Origin: Phaeosaccion multiseriatum
Lineage: Eukaryota > Protista > Ochrophyta, other classes
DNA: 64,000 nt
Assembly: GCA_965112735.1 (NCBI GenBank)
Contig: OZ218953.1
Span: forward strand, 2,852,001-2,916,000
Direction: 5' to 3'
In this document: positions 24,259 through 37,419 of the stretch, in pieces
Position numbering within the stretch: position 1 is the stretch's first letter
Layout: each line of letters opens with the position of its first letter
Translations under genes and position numbers: made by a program
The notes under the pieces: model-generated
The model's input: only the letters and a program-made list of their open reading frames with translations
Databases searched by the model: none
What the model was told of the DNA's origin: nothing

Positions 24259-27097
24259 CTCCCCCCCTTACTCACGCCCGCTCTTACCCTGGTGTTTGTT
24301 GTGTCCATGGTGCCCCTCCCCAACGCTCCGGCGGCGGGAGCACCCTCAGCAGCAGCAGGGTGGCGCGTCTGGGTCACCTTTGGAAGGGGCAAAGGGGAGG
24401 AGGAGGAGGAGGAGGAGGAGGAGGAGATGAAGCAAAGTCCACTCAGGGCCAGCGAACACACACACGCCTTACCTTGGGCCTCACTCTGACGCGAAGATCG
24501 TGCACCACCTCCCTTCTCTCGCGCAGGAAAGCTCTGACGTGTATGTCCCTCCTCCTTAGGAGCATGGGCAGCACGAGAGAGAGGAAGCCGTCGCGCACTT
24601 CCTCGCTCAAGTTGTTCACCTAAGGCAGTAGGTAGATGGGCATAGATAGACCGGCAGGAAGGTAGGCAGGCAGGCAGGCAGGCAGGCAGATAGGCAGGCA
24701 GGTAGGCAGGCAGGCAGGTAGGCACAACGCACGAGCAGACCAGAGCAGAGTAGAGCAGCACAGCCAACCACAGCACAGCACATCCATCCATCAATCAATC
24801 AATCGATCACTGAATCAATCAATCGATCAATGTATCAATCAATCAATCGATCAATCGCAGTCCGGCCCCAGACAGAGCGAGCAGGCGTGAGGTATGTGTG
24901 TCTTCTGCGTTGCTGTGTAGTTCATCCAAAGACACACACGCACCTGCACTCCCGGTACAAAGTCACCTCCTCCTGCTCTTCCTCCTCCTCCTCCTCCTCC
25001 TCCAGCTCCTCCTCCTCCTCCTCCTCCTCCTCCAGCTCCCCCTACTCCTTCTTCCTTTCCTGCTTCTGCTCCTCCTCCTGCTGCGGCTACTGCAGCTGCT
25101 GCTACTGCTGTTGCTGCCGCGACGGCTGTTGCTGCTGCTCCTCCTACAGGCTGACTACCTTGCGTGCCGATGTCCCCTCCCTCCAAAATGTACTTCAGCC
25201 ACTCCTCCATCATGCTCTTGCGGTGCAGGTCCACCCAGCTGACACACGGAACCAGAGCGAGAGTGAGGGTGAGGACGAGGGCGAGACGAGCCGAGCCACA
25301 AAGAGCGAGCGGGATTGGGTGAGTGGGTGAGTCTTGTGTGGATTGAGTGAGGCTTGGATTGCAGTAAGGAGGGGGGGGGGGGCAGGGGGGAGGCAGGTGA
25401 GAGCGAGCAAGAGATAAAGCAGCCAAACACAAACACACCGTTTCACCGTTTCATCACGTCATTAGCACCAGCACAGGAAGTCCGAGAAGAGTGAGAGAGA
25501 GGGAGAGAAGCATCCTCCGCTGATCGATTGATCCACCCATCGATCGATGAATCAAGAGTCCTACGCACCTCCCCAAGACGCTTTGCACCACCGGAGACTG
25601 CACGTTATGGGCAGGAGGCGGTGCCGCTTCGAAGCGCGATACCTCTCTCCAGTCTGCCTCCTCAGCCACATGCACCACGCGACCGGAGGGGAGGGGCGAT
25701 CGGCTCTCGTCGTCCATCTCTTCCTCATCCTCCTCCTTCTCCTGCTGCTCCTCTTCCTCCACATGCTCGCCAATGCTCCCCTCAAAGTGCGTAAGGTGCT
25801 CCCCGCTCCCAACGTCGCCCCTACCACCACCCTCATCACTCTCGCTACTCCACTCACTGTAATCCTCGTCGTCGTATTCATTCTTGACGCCTTTGCCCAG
25901 GCCTGCACCGCCCTCGTCATCGTCATCGTCCTCCGAGTATCCGCACGAGTCTCCCCCCTCATCCCTTTGCTCCCCACCTTTGCCGCCCCCCCCCTCATAA
26001 TTCGAGGTTCGCCCCTCTCCCTCCGCCTCACCGTCGCCTGCAGCGGTAGAAGCTGTGGCGGCGACAACAGCGCCATATGGGCCTGCAGCTGCATGGGAAG
26101 GGAAAGAAGGCGGCACCGGAGAGCCCGCGTCCACGGGAAAAGCGTATCCAGTCGGTCTGTCTCTGCCTCTACCTCTCTTTCCATCGCTCCTCCTCCTTCC
26201 TTCTGCCCCACTCGCCGCGGAGTGAGAATGAGGAGAGCCTCCTCCTGATCCACCCCTCCCTCCTTGCGAAGAGGCCGCCGAAGCATCCCTCCTCCCTCCT
26301 TCGACCTTCGGTGGCCGCCTCCTTCTCGTCGTTTCGGCCTGCTGCCCCTGCCCCTGTCCCATGCAATGCCCCTCTTGCACCGCCCGCCTACACCTCCGCC
26401 TCCGCCCTCTCAGCGCCCGTCTGAGGGCTTCCATCTCAGTCCCCACGGCCATTCTCTCGGCCTCTCTGGCCCGCACCACCTGCCCACAGAGCGCCTTCAT
26501 GCTGCTCAGCTCCTGGGCTTGCAAGACACTCAGCATCTGCAAGCGGTGCAGTGCTTCCGCTGCCTCCTCGCCGCCATCTCTGGCCGTTTCCCCTTCTGCA
26601 TGTGTCCCTCCTACCCCTCCCCCTTTCCCTCCTCCTCCTCCTCCTCCTCCTCCTCGTCCTCCTCCTTCTCCTTCTCCTTCTCCTTCTCCTCCTCCTCCTC
26701 CTCGTCCTCCTCGTCCTCCTCCTCCTCCTCCTCCTCCTCCTCCTCCTCCTCCTCCTCCTCCTTCTTCTTCTTCTTCTTCTTCTTCTTCTGTTGTTGCCGT
26801 GGCTGCCGCTGCTGCTGCTGCCACTGATGCCGGGGTGTGGCCCGCGTCCCGTGAGCAATCACTTGGCCCTTCCGCTGTACTGTCCCCTTCTCCGTCTCCT
26901 TCCTCCTCCTTCCCACACCACCCTCGAGACGTATCACCAACTGCTACCCCCGGCTCCGATACCGACACCACAGCCGAAGGGACCGAAGGGGGCTCTTGCC
27001 CCCCTCCTTGCTCTACATAGGAAGACGAAGAGCCTTCGGCAGATCGGTTCCTCTTCTCTTGCCGCTCCATCTCCTTCTCCTCCTCCTCCTCCTCCTC

Positions 27098-27130
<33 letters not shown>

Positions 27131-27841
27131 ATGCTGCTGCTGCACCACCGGTGCCTCGCTTGCCCGTTGCGATTGCCCTCCCCCTGACCTCAGCTTCTGC
27201 CCAGCAAGGCCCAGGCCGGTGTGTCGAGCAATGCCCACTGCCTCTGTCGCGCTGCTCTGCAGTGAGCGAAGCTGAGCCTCGGACCGTTCACATGCGAGTC
27301 GCCAATGCAGGGCATCTCGGCGGAGCTGCGCACACCAAAGAGGGAGAGCGAGAGAGATCGAGAGAGAAGGAGAGCGAGAGAGATATATAAAGAGTGTGCG
27401 AGAGAGAGACAGGGAGAGAGGGCGGATAGGCAGTACGCGCGAAGGTGAGACGAAAGAGTGTCAGAGAGAGAGAGGGAGAGAGAGGGAGACAAGGAAGTAT
27501 GTGCCAAGACAAGGCGAGAGAGTGTCAGAGAGAGTGGAGGTACAGCGAGATGGGGTTGCAAGTTTTGTGTATGCGTTACTGGTGGACGATGAAATGCATG
27601 TCGGAGAGGAGTAGACAATAGAGAGAGTGCTTGTGATGTGACGTACGTGCGAGAGGAGGTGCGAATCGCATATATCTCTCTCTGAAGATTCCTTACCCTT
27701 GCGCCTTGCTCTACCTCCTCCAAATGCTCTCTGAACCCCTGCACGCAGCGTAGCGGCATATGGTGCAAAAGGAATGTGAGTGGATGGGTAGGATGCAAGG
27801 GGAGAGAGGAGGGGGAAGGAAGGCGAGGAGCGACAGGCAAC

Positions 27842-27891
<50 letters not shown>

Positions 27892-28345
27892 GATGAGAAG
27901 AGGAGCAGGGCCGCTGCATGGGTCAGAGGAAAGCCCTCTACACGACTCCTCTGCTTCCCCTTCTACACACAGCCCCACTGCTCCTCCTCTGATGTGCGTC
28001 GGGCTTCCCTTCTACTCAACTCCTGCCCCGCCTGCCCCCCCCTTTGATGTGCGTCGACTTGTCGAGTTTCTCAATCTTTAACATCCACCCACCCAAGCTC
28101 ACTCCCCACACCCTTGTTCCAAGTACCAACCTCGGCTCCCTGCCGATACACAGCGCCATGGTCTGGCAACGAAGGCCGCGTGTGCAGGGACAGGGGCTGA
28201 CGCCGGGGAAGTACGTCCCTGTCCAACGCCTCCTCCAGAAGAGGAAGGCCAATCTTGTCCAACAAGGCTTGGATACGAGTCACGGCATGGAGCGCCTTTC
28301 GCACGCACCGGAAGGACCTGCTTACTTCCCCTGCTTCCTCTACTG

Positions 28346-28384
<39 letters not shown>

Positions 28385-28989
28385 ATTCCCCTTTGGAGGT
28401 ATCCAGTCCGTCAGGATGCCAGTCAGCAGTCCTGCCTTTACCTCCCTCGCCCCGCTGGAGCTCGCTGTGGAGGCTCTGATGTTTGAGCTGTGCCTCTGTC
28501 GACTCGGTCGGCTCTGTCGTCTGCCCTGTTGCCTCCTCGCCGGCGCTGAGCCGTAGAAGCCTGATCAAAGTGTCTTCCTCCAATTGGGCCAGGCACATGT
28601 GAGCTGCCGCAATATCATCAGGGTCACATGAAAACGCCTCATCGGAAATCTGCGAAGGGAGGGGGGGCAGAGCGGGGAGTGGGAGTACCAGAGGGCTGAG
28701 GCAGCTAGATAGAGGGACGCCCACGTAGTAGGAGTAGCAAGCGCTGGGTCGGAGATGTAGACTTCCGTGCGCAAGCTACACACTCTGCGTGACGTTGCTC
28801 TTGGTTCTGGTCAAGGCAGAGCTCTACCTACCCTTCCTCCTCCTCTCTCTCACCTGGAGAAAGAGCCGCTCCCTCTTGTCCCTTTCCTCCTCATGTCCCT
28901 TCACCGCCACATCCCGCTCCGCCTCCACGGCAGTCAAGGCTCGCCGCATGGCAAGACCCACTGCGAGAGGCCGAGTTTCAAGAGAAGTG

Positions 28990-29036
<47 letters not shown>

Positions 29037-29343
29037 AGGGAAGAGCTTGTTGAGAGGGAAGCGCTTGCATTGGAAAAAATTACAGCAGCGGTGAGTGAAG
29101 GAGAGGGGAAGAGAAGCCAGAGGGCGCAGTAAGACATGAGAAGAGGAAGAAACACAACCCAACAAGCAGCAACACCCCCCCCCTGCTCGGGTCACCTGCG
29201 TCCATCTCCTGCTCCTGCTGGAAGCGCTGTCGCGATACCGCCTCACCCACGGCATGACGCACCGCGGCGGCTTGAGAAGCTCCCACTCCCCGTTTCCCCC
29301 TCGCATCTTTCTTGCCTGGGGTGGTGCTTTTTGGTGCCATCAT
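23597..29343 (-). CDS. Large hypothetical multi-exon protein, low-complexity middle with a globular-looking C-terminal region
   Basis: Start MMAPKSTTPGKK; exons around 29343-29197, 29.1-28.85k, 28649-28170, 27738-27645, 27.3-25.57k, 25238-24943, 24619-24473, 24378-24287 and 23843-23597. The last four exons join in phase 0; upstream borders are approximate. Confidence 0.55.
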
Positions 29344-29581
29344 CCCTACAGCTCATTGAACCCCCTCAACTGCCGTTCACAGGTTGGGGCGGATGACCAA
29401 CACGCTTAGCAGGTGAGGGAAGGCGGGAAACGCCCGTGGTTAATGACCGTTCCTCGCGTCCTCTTTTTACAATTACGCTTGCTTTCCTCTACTTCTATTT
29501 ACCAAGCCTTCAAGTGCCAGCCCATAGCCCTCGGAGTGGTGTGGGGAGTGTCCAGCAGGATTGAAATCCCCTCCAGCCCCC

Positions 29582-32500
29582 TTAGGGAGCCCCCGTAGCA
29601 GGGGCACGAGCACCCGCCGCAGCATGGTGGCTCGGCTTTGCCTTTCCCGCCCCCTTTCCCTTCTTTCGCTCCTTTGCAGAATGTGCAGCAGGCGGTGCAG
29701 CAGACGGTGCAGGCAGTACACCAATCGCAGCCGCAAAAGGAGAAGCAGCAGCAGCCGCCGCTGTAGTAGTCGAAGCAGCAGTCAGCTCGTAGAGGCACCC
29801 GGTGAGAGCATCAACGCTACTCAAGAGGTCCAAGACCAACCTCTCCGCTCCTTCGCACCCGGGCAGGCTGCACATTTCGCCCTGACACATGTCCGTCCCA
29901 TCTCCTCCTCCTCCCCTCTCTCCTTGACCTGCCTTCGCCTCCGCCCCCCCCTCACCACCGCCATCTCGAGCAGCAGAACTACCCGTAGTACTACCACCAC
30001 CACCACCAGCACCACCACCAGCAGCAGCAGCAGCAGCCTGCTTCGAATGGTCATGGTCCCGGTAGTGGAAGCGTGCCACCCCGTTCCCAGCGCCAGCGCC
30101 CTCCGCCGCCAGCAGCTGCGCCATGGCCTGCGACTGGCGCTTCAGAGCCGGTGCAACATGCGCCATCCTCACGGCCCAAGACTCCTTCGACGATGTCGGC
30201 GACGAAGAGGGTTGCCGCCCGGGGCCCACCGCCGCAGCAATTATCTGTGTCAGGAAGGCGTCGGCAGCGGCAATCAGACCGCGTGCCTGCTGCTCGATCC
30301 GCCTCTTGGACGCGTCGACCCCTTGCAGGTCCAATCGCAGGCAGTGCATGTGCGTGCTGCGGGAGCGTGAGAGCATGCAGGTGCGAGGCGGGGGTGTGTG
30401 AGGGCATGAGGCCGGAGGGGGGGGGGGGAGGGCGAAAGGGCGAGTCGCGGGATGGGGTGCAGAATCGGAGCTGGGCAGCCCGACATTGGTAGTGACTCAG
30501 GCCAATCAAACTGAAACTGAAAGCTCAAGCCGAGAGGACAGCAGTAGGGGTGTTTTTTGCTTCAAGAATGCAGGGAAAGAAGAGAGGGTCGGACGTATAA
30601 CACGTGGGCTAAACACATGAACCGTACCCAGCTACCCACCCACCCACCACACACAGACAAATTCGCCTAGCACTGGAGAAGGCTTCTCTCCTCCCTCCTT
30701 CTCCCTCCTTCCCCTCCCACCCCCTTACCTACCCCTCCCTTTCTCCTCACTCTCTCCCATCCCCCTCACCCCCACTCCCCCACCCACCTCCTCTGTTGCA
30801 GAAGGTGAAGGGCCACGCTGTGCTCATGGAACAAAGTCCTTAACAGCGCTTGTACTTGTGCTGGGTCAGTCGTCGCCAATAGCGAGGAAGAGGAGGAGGA
30901 GGAGGGGGACGAAAAGGCGGAAGACTTCCCCCCCTTGTCCTCCTTGTCGTCCACCCTTTCCCCCTGCTGCACGGAAGCATTCCCCCCCTTCTTCAGCTCT
31001 GCCTTAAGCTTCTTTACCGTCGTCTTCATCGCCGAAAGCTCTGCTGTCGCTGCTTTGGCCTCGCTTTCAGACTTCTCCGCCCTGGCCAGAGCAGCAGCAG
31101 TAGCAGCAGCAGTAGCAGCAGCAGTAGCAGTTGGTAATACACCCGGCGGGGTCTCTTTACCCCCCTTGTGAGCAGCACCACTGCCCCCCGCCCCTTGTCC
31201 CAGCTGGAGCCGCTCCTTCTGTTGCCTCTCCTTGAGCTGCCATTGCTCCTGCTGCACCTTCTTCTTCTCCTGCGCTAGGGCCATCTCTCGCGCCCGCACG
31301 GAGCCCTCAATCTTCTCCCTCATTTCCTTCTCGAGGCGGAGTTTATCCTTGACGAGCTGCCGGTTTTGCTCCTTCAGCTGCTCCCTGTGTGCGGCGTCTT
31401 TCTTCTCCAAGCGGGCCCACAACTCTTTTTCCCTCTTTGTGGCGTCTGCAGCAGCCTTGACAGCCTTGTCTGTACTCTTGGCGTGTTCCTCACTCAACTC
31501 GGACAACTGTTGGAAAGTAGTGAGTGGCGAAGGCGGGCAGAGGAGGAGGAGGAGGTAGAGCGAACAACAAAGGGTACCAGCGGTATTAGTGGAGGCAGCG
31601 AGGCAAAGGGCGACATTGACGAGGAGGGGAAGCAAAAGATTGGCCCCCGCCCGCCTCGAAGGAGATACGAGACAAGGGGAGGGGGTGGGGTGGGAGCACG
31701 GCGTGTCTGTGATCCTCCACATGCCTAGTCCTTCCTGTCTATCCGTTGCAGACAGGGAGCACTTGGGGGTCAGGGGAGGCGTAGTTCCCTCACCCAACTA
31801 GGAGCACGAGCACCCCACCCCACCCCACCCCACTCCACCCCACCTTCAACCCACTCCACCCCACCTTCACCCCCTTTCACCCCACCTTCAACCCACTCCA
31901 CCCCACCTTCACCCCCTTTCACCCCACCTTCAACCCACTCCACCCCACCTTCAACCCACCCCACCCCACCTTCACCCCACCTCCACCAAGCGCGTCAGGC
32001 AGCAGCAAGTTACTCGCTGTTACGATACGCACCTCCTCTTTGAGGTTCTTTATGAGCTTTTCTTGCTTTGTTTCTAGCTTCGCTTCTTGCTTTGCTTCTT
32101 GCCTCGCATTCGAGCGCAACAGCGCCAAGTGCCTCAGCACCTTCCGCGGCTCGTCAAGCTTGAGCTCATTGACCTTCTGTGCCTCCAGCTGCACCACCTT
32201 CTGCATCACTTCTCGCAGCAGTCGGTCGTTGCCGTCCTTGTCGGTCTCGTCGGGGCCCTCCACTCCAGGCCTCTGGAACATTGCTTCCATCATCACCTTG
32301 AAGGCCAGCTTCCCCCTGCCAGAGGAGAAAGGAAGGGAAGAATGAAGGTAGACAGGGAAGGAAGAAGGATAAAAGAAAGAGACAAAACAAACCAGAGGAG
32401 AAAGGAAGGAAAGAACGAAGGTAGGCAGGGAGGGAAGAAGGATCAAAGAAAGAGACAAAACAAATCAGCAATCGTTCAAGAGGAGGTCGGTCGGCCCGTC

Positions 32501-32829
32501 AGTCAATCGGTCAGTCAGTCAGTCAGTCGACAAGAGCAAGAACAACAACACACAAAGAGGGGCGTTGATAAGAGGCGTGTGTGTGCGAGTGAGTATCAAT
32601 TGTGGGGGCAGCCTCTCTCGGGGCAAGCTCTCTCTCTGCCAGTCACCAAAGCAAGGAAGCGCGTTCCTGTTCCATACATACAATGCAGCACTCCTGTTGG
32701 CGTCTGTGGTCAGGAAGTTGCCCGTGTCCACAAAGACTTCGCGCACGGTCTGGCCGGCCATCCACTCGGGAGGCGACGTCTCCTGTCCGCCCTTGCCCTT
32801 GGTGAGCGATATGCCTTGTCCTCCTTTAC

Positions 32830-32874
<45 letters not shown>

Positions 32875-34482
32875 CCTGCCCCTGCTGCGTTGGGAAAACT
32901 ATATAGACCTCCCTCTGACGAGGCTTCTCGGTGCGCGTCTCCGTTATATCACTCTTGTCGATCTCTATCACTGTTTGGGGTAGGTAGGTAAGTAGGTAGG
33001 AAGGGAGGAAGGAAGGGAGATAGGAGGTAAGTAGGTAGGTGGGAGGGAGGGAGGGAGGGAGGTGGGTAGGTAGGTAGGTAGGTAGGTAGGTGAGTAAGGC
33101 AGGTAGGTAGATGGGTAGGTAGGAAGGAAGGGAGGAAGGTAGGTAGGTGGGTGCGGTAGTAGGTTGGTAAGGTAGGTATGTAGGAACAAGGAAAGGAGGG
33201 AGGAGGAAGGAGGGAAGGAAAAGAAGGGCAAAAACAGGAGCAACGAAGGAGGGAAGGAAGGAAGGAAGAGTTAAGACAAGTGCAGGGCGGTTTCATCGAC
33301 ATCCTCCCCTTCTTCTCAAACTCTCTCCCTCTCCCCCAACCTCACCATTCAAGTATCGGATGAAAGCCCCGTACCAGGGGTCTCGAGCTCCGGAGGAAGA
33401 GACAGACGAGGACGAAGAGCGCAGCTTCCCCGAAGGCTCTGCAGGAGCGCCAGTAGCAGCAGGTACAGCAGCAGCAGCAGCTACCGCGGCAGCAGCGGGA
33501 GGTACAGCGGTAGCAGCGGGAGGTACAGCGGCGGCAGCAGGTACAGCAGCAGCAGTAGCAGTAGGAGGAACAATACCCACCGCGAGCCACTCTATATTGT
33601 TCGCTGCCACTGCTGCCTGGGGGAACGGCGGTGCTTCTCCTGCCGCTGCTGGTATGCCTGCTGCATCACCAACTGCTGGTGCTACTGCTGCTGCTGTACC
33701 TGCTGGTGGTGATGCTTCTTTCCATGCCTTTGATGGTGGAAGCATCGCCGGTGCTGCTGGTGCTGGTGCGGTACCTGCCGTTGCTTCCTTAGTCTTTGGC
33801 TGTGAAAGCATCGCCTGTACAATCTTGTCCTCCTCCTCCGACTCGAGCTCCATGGACGAGGAGCTCGCGTTTCCCGCCTCAACATCTCCCCCCTCTGACC
33901 CTCCGGGCTTACTCACTGTGCCAGTGTCCACCCCAATCTTGTCGCACGGCTTTCCCGCGTCCTTTGCCGTGCTGCCATTGGTGCCTGCCTTTCCAGCATC
34001 ACCTCTTTTCCCAGCCTCACGATGACCCGTGCTGGTACTGCTGCTGGCAGTCCTGCTGCTACCCTCTGGGCTGCTTCTCCTTGCCGCCTTGTCCCCTTGT
34101 CCTTTATTATGGCCCTCCTCCTTCCCCTGTGTCTTCTCCCCCTTCTTCAGCCCCTTCGAGTTCGCATCTCCGGTACCCTGTCCTTTCTCACCACCACTAC
34201 CACCAACAGCACCACTCTCTGCCGCACTAGTCCCATTGGCGCTAACCTTGTCCTGTGACGCCTTTCCTGGTGGTGCTAGGGACGTATTAACCGTCGTGAC
34301 CTCCGCCTCTTTGGGACCTTCTTTAGGTCCCGCATCCCCAAAGTTTCCCGAGTCAAGGTCCCAGCTGAGATCACTCAGGGCCGGGGACGGGGGCCGCTCA
34401 CTCCCTCCCGGCTGCTTTTTCGTTCCAGCGTTGCTGCCGTTGCCACTCTGGCTTCCCTTGACTACTACTGCAGCCCCCTTTG

Positions 34483-34517
<35 letters not shown>

Positions 34518-36241
34518 CGCTGCTGCCGCTGTTGCCTCTGTATATCCCTCTGTCTGTCTCTGTCTCTGTCCCGGTCTCGATCTCTGTCTCTTTCATGGTC
34601 CATGGCGATTTCCCTCGCACGAGCTGATTTCGCTCTTTCCCTTGATGCGTCCCTATCCCGAGAGTCTCGATGTCGATCTCGAGAAGAGCCTCGACCTCGA
34701 TCTCTATCGCGATGATGGTCTCGACCTCGATCTCGATCTCCGTCTCGAGAAGAGTCTCGACCTCTATCTCGAGAAGAGTTTCGACCTCGATCTCTACCTC
34801 GATTTGAGTCTCGATCTCTAGAGTCTCGAGCATCTCGACTCTGGTCCCGAGAAGAGTCTCGATCTCTAGAGTCTCGACCTCTGTCTCGATCTCTAGAGTC
34901 TCGAGCATCTCGACTCTGGTCCCGAGAAGAGTCTCGACCTCTGTCTCGATCTCTAGAGTCTCGAGCATCTCGACTCTGGTCCCTACGATCGCTGCCTCTG
35001 TCTCGTGGTTGTCCCCGATCACCTCCGTTGCTCTGATCCCGATTATCATTCGGTCGCTGATCCGGGTTCGGCCTATCGCCGCCATTACTGCTGGTGCCAT
35101 GCACTCCACTGCCTCCACTGCCATCCTTTTTAAGCCTCTCTTTGCTTACGCTCGGACTGCTGCTGTTGACGCTAGGCTTGTCCTGGTGTCCACTAGCAGA
35201 ACCTCCAGCAGACGGTTCACTGGCAGTACGCTCACAATCTCTCTGCCACTGTTTCCCCCATTTGTGCAACGGACTCGAAGCATCGGACCCAAGGGCGGCT
35301 CCTCCTCTACCTCCTCCAGCAGTAATAGTAAACAACAGAGGGTGTTGCTCCCCGCCATCTCCTCCGCTCGCCCCGCTGCCCCCTACTGGTGGCCCTACTC
35401 TCGGACGCTTCGCCCTACGTGGGTCGCTCAGCAAGGAGGCGCCAGAACGATCATCCCCAGCTCCGTTCATGGTGCTACTGCTGCTGCTGCCGCTGCTGCC
35501 AACCCCAGCACCGCTGCCAGTCGTCGCCAGTCTGTCAGCCTTCAGCCCATTAGCAACATCAGTACTGTCGCTGAAACGATTTCCATCAATCATTGCCCCC
35601 TCTCCTCTTTCTCTCCGTGGGTACTGCGGCGATGCGCTCACGTCGCTTTTGGAGGTGGAGTGGACGCTGCCGTTGCCATTCCCAGCGCCACCACCCCCCC
35701 CAGAGACGAAGGGGAATGATTCGGGGGCTTGCTGCGTCCGGAGACCACCCCTCGGCCGCTCTCGACTGTCGCCCCTCCCATGGCCTCTCTCATCCCTCTC
35801 CTCTCTTGAGCTGGTGACCTCCTCCCGAATAACCTCTCGTGAACGTGCTGACTGCTGCTGCTGCTGCTGCTGCTGCTGGTGGTGGTGGGACTCGCCCTCT
35901 CTGTCTTGCGGCTGAAATTGCTGCTCCTGCGGCTGGTTGTGGGTCACAACGCTTCGCCTCTCGTTACGGAGCTGGCTATGGAGCGCCTCTGACAGAGCGG
36001 CGGTATCGTAGTCTTCTGGTGCATCGAACAAGACCGGGGGCTGCTGCTGGTGGTTGTGGAACTGCTGTTGCTGCTGGTGGAATGACTGCTGCTGCTGGCG
36101 ATGACGCGGCTGCTCCGATGCGACGACTTGCCTCCTAGTGTTGCTGATGGAGCCAGTGGAGACTATGCGGTTGTTGGTATTGGGACTGCCCAAGTTGCGA
36201 ACAAACCCCTCTCCATCTTGCCGAATCCTCTTGGCTGCCAT
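29582..36241 (-). CDS. Large hypothetical protein with Q-rich and RD/RS mixed-charge N-terminal half and a coiled-coil C-terminal half
   Basis: A ~965-codon first exon (36241-33346) splices in phase to exons at about 32970-32682, 32315-32033, 31.5-30.79k and 30.37k-29582. Long heptad-rich segment (KREKELWARLEKKDAAHREQLKEQNRQL...). Confidence 0.7.
31811..31985. repeat. C-rich ~21-bp minisatellite (CCCCACCTTCAACCCACTCCA-like), intronic
   Basis: Visible tandem units. Confidence 0.8.
34660..34990. repeat. Coding tandem repeat (~60-bp unit) encoding RDSSRDQSRDARDSRDRDRG
   Basis: Three near-identical units at about 34809, 34884 and 34944, plus degenerate copies. Confidence 0.85.
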
Positions 36242-36535
36242 AAAGCTATGGCTTCCCCTCTACCCCAAGCACTAGACTTCTGCTGCTGCTGCTGCTCCTT
36301 CTGCTGGTCCCTCGCCCCACAGAGCTTTCGATCCACGCCATCAAACACTCAAACCCCCCAGTCCCCCCCCCCTTGAGGAAAGAAGCCAATGCCCTCACTT
36401 CTCTACTGCTGGGGGGCTTGCAGGTTCCCTGAAAATAATAATGCCGCACGGGCGAAGGCGGCACTGAACGTGCTGGGAGAGGTAATTTGATCAAACGCGG
36501 GGAAGAAGGGGGGTGCGCATCAACTGCCATCCTCA

Positions 36536-36824
36536 TTTCGCGGTTGAGTGTCACTTTTGACGCCCCGTGAATTTTATTTGACGCCAAATGACGATTACTT
36601 TGACGACGTTTGACGACTTTTGAACCCCTTTGCCCTATTTGACGCAATTTGACGTTCTTTGACGTTCTTTGACTCCCTTTGTAGACGCTTTAGACGCACT
36701 TTGACGCCCTTTGACGCTCTTTGACGCCCTTTTTAGACGAAAATAAGCTAAACGTCGTCAAAGGAATCGTCATTGGCGTCAAAAAAAATTCACGGGGCGT
36801 CAAAAGTGCCACTCAACCGCGAAA
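36536..36824. mobile_element. MITE-like non-autonomous DNA transposon, 289 bp, ~75-bp TIRs, 3-bp TSD TCA
   Basis: Left end TTTCGCGGTTGAGTGTCACTTTTGACGCCCCGTGAATTTT... is the reverse complement of the right end ...AAAATTCACGGGGCGTCAAAAGTGCCACTCAACCGCGAAA. TCA flanks both sides (36533-36535, 36825-36827). The AT-richer interior is made of TTTGACG repeats. Confidence 0.88.
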
Positions 36825-37335
36825 TCACAGTACAATAGCGAGGGCCGTAGGCACTCGGCCTATTTATATGCCGCCGCCTAGGGCAGACGCCAACTAGGCG
36901 GATGGTGGTGGGAGTGCCCAGAGTGCAAAGAGTAAGAGTAGTAGCTGGGTGAATGGACAGCTAATCGGTTTTGCCGCTAACTCTGAAGGATACAGGTTGT
37001 TTGAGGTTCTGATGGCTTTATTGTGCCTCCCTTGCCTATGGCTACTCTGGACGCTGAGCAGAAAGTCACACGCACCTCTGGAAAGTGGAAAAAGGGGGGG
37101 GGGGGAGGCGAGGGGGGGGCATATCCCCAGCGGACAGACACCCAATTTCCTTACGTGACGTACTTACGTAAGGTATTAAAAGTAATATTTCCCCAAATTT
37201 CATCCTCTCCTGCACGGCCTGCTCATGGCCTCTGCTGCCGCTGCTGTTCCGGCTACAGCGTTGCCCCCATTGCAACGGCCGGACAAGATGATGGCTGCGA
37301 GTGGACGACGGGCCGAAACCTCTGGACAAGGTTAT

Positions 37336-37419
37336 CTGATTACTGATTACGGCCGGCACCGCCGTCCTGATTACTGATTATGGCGCCAGCCGGGCCTGAT
37401 TACTGATTATAGCCGGCGC
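37336..37419. repeat. Three copies of CTGATTACTGATTA separated by 15-17 bp GC-rich spacers
   Basis: Copies start at 37336, 37367 and 37396. Confidence 0.8.

Noticed and set aside
34465-35124. Overlapping alternative-frame ORF (ETLEIETEV repeats)
   Set aside because: Explained by the stop-poor repeat encoding the RD domain; no independent support.
37336-37419. Repeat-spacer pattern resembling a mini-CRISPR
   Set aside because: Only three 14-bp repeats with short, mutually similar spacers and no cas genes.
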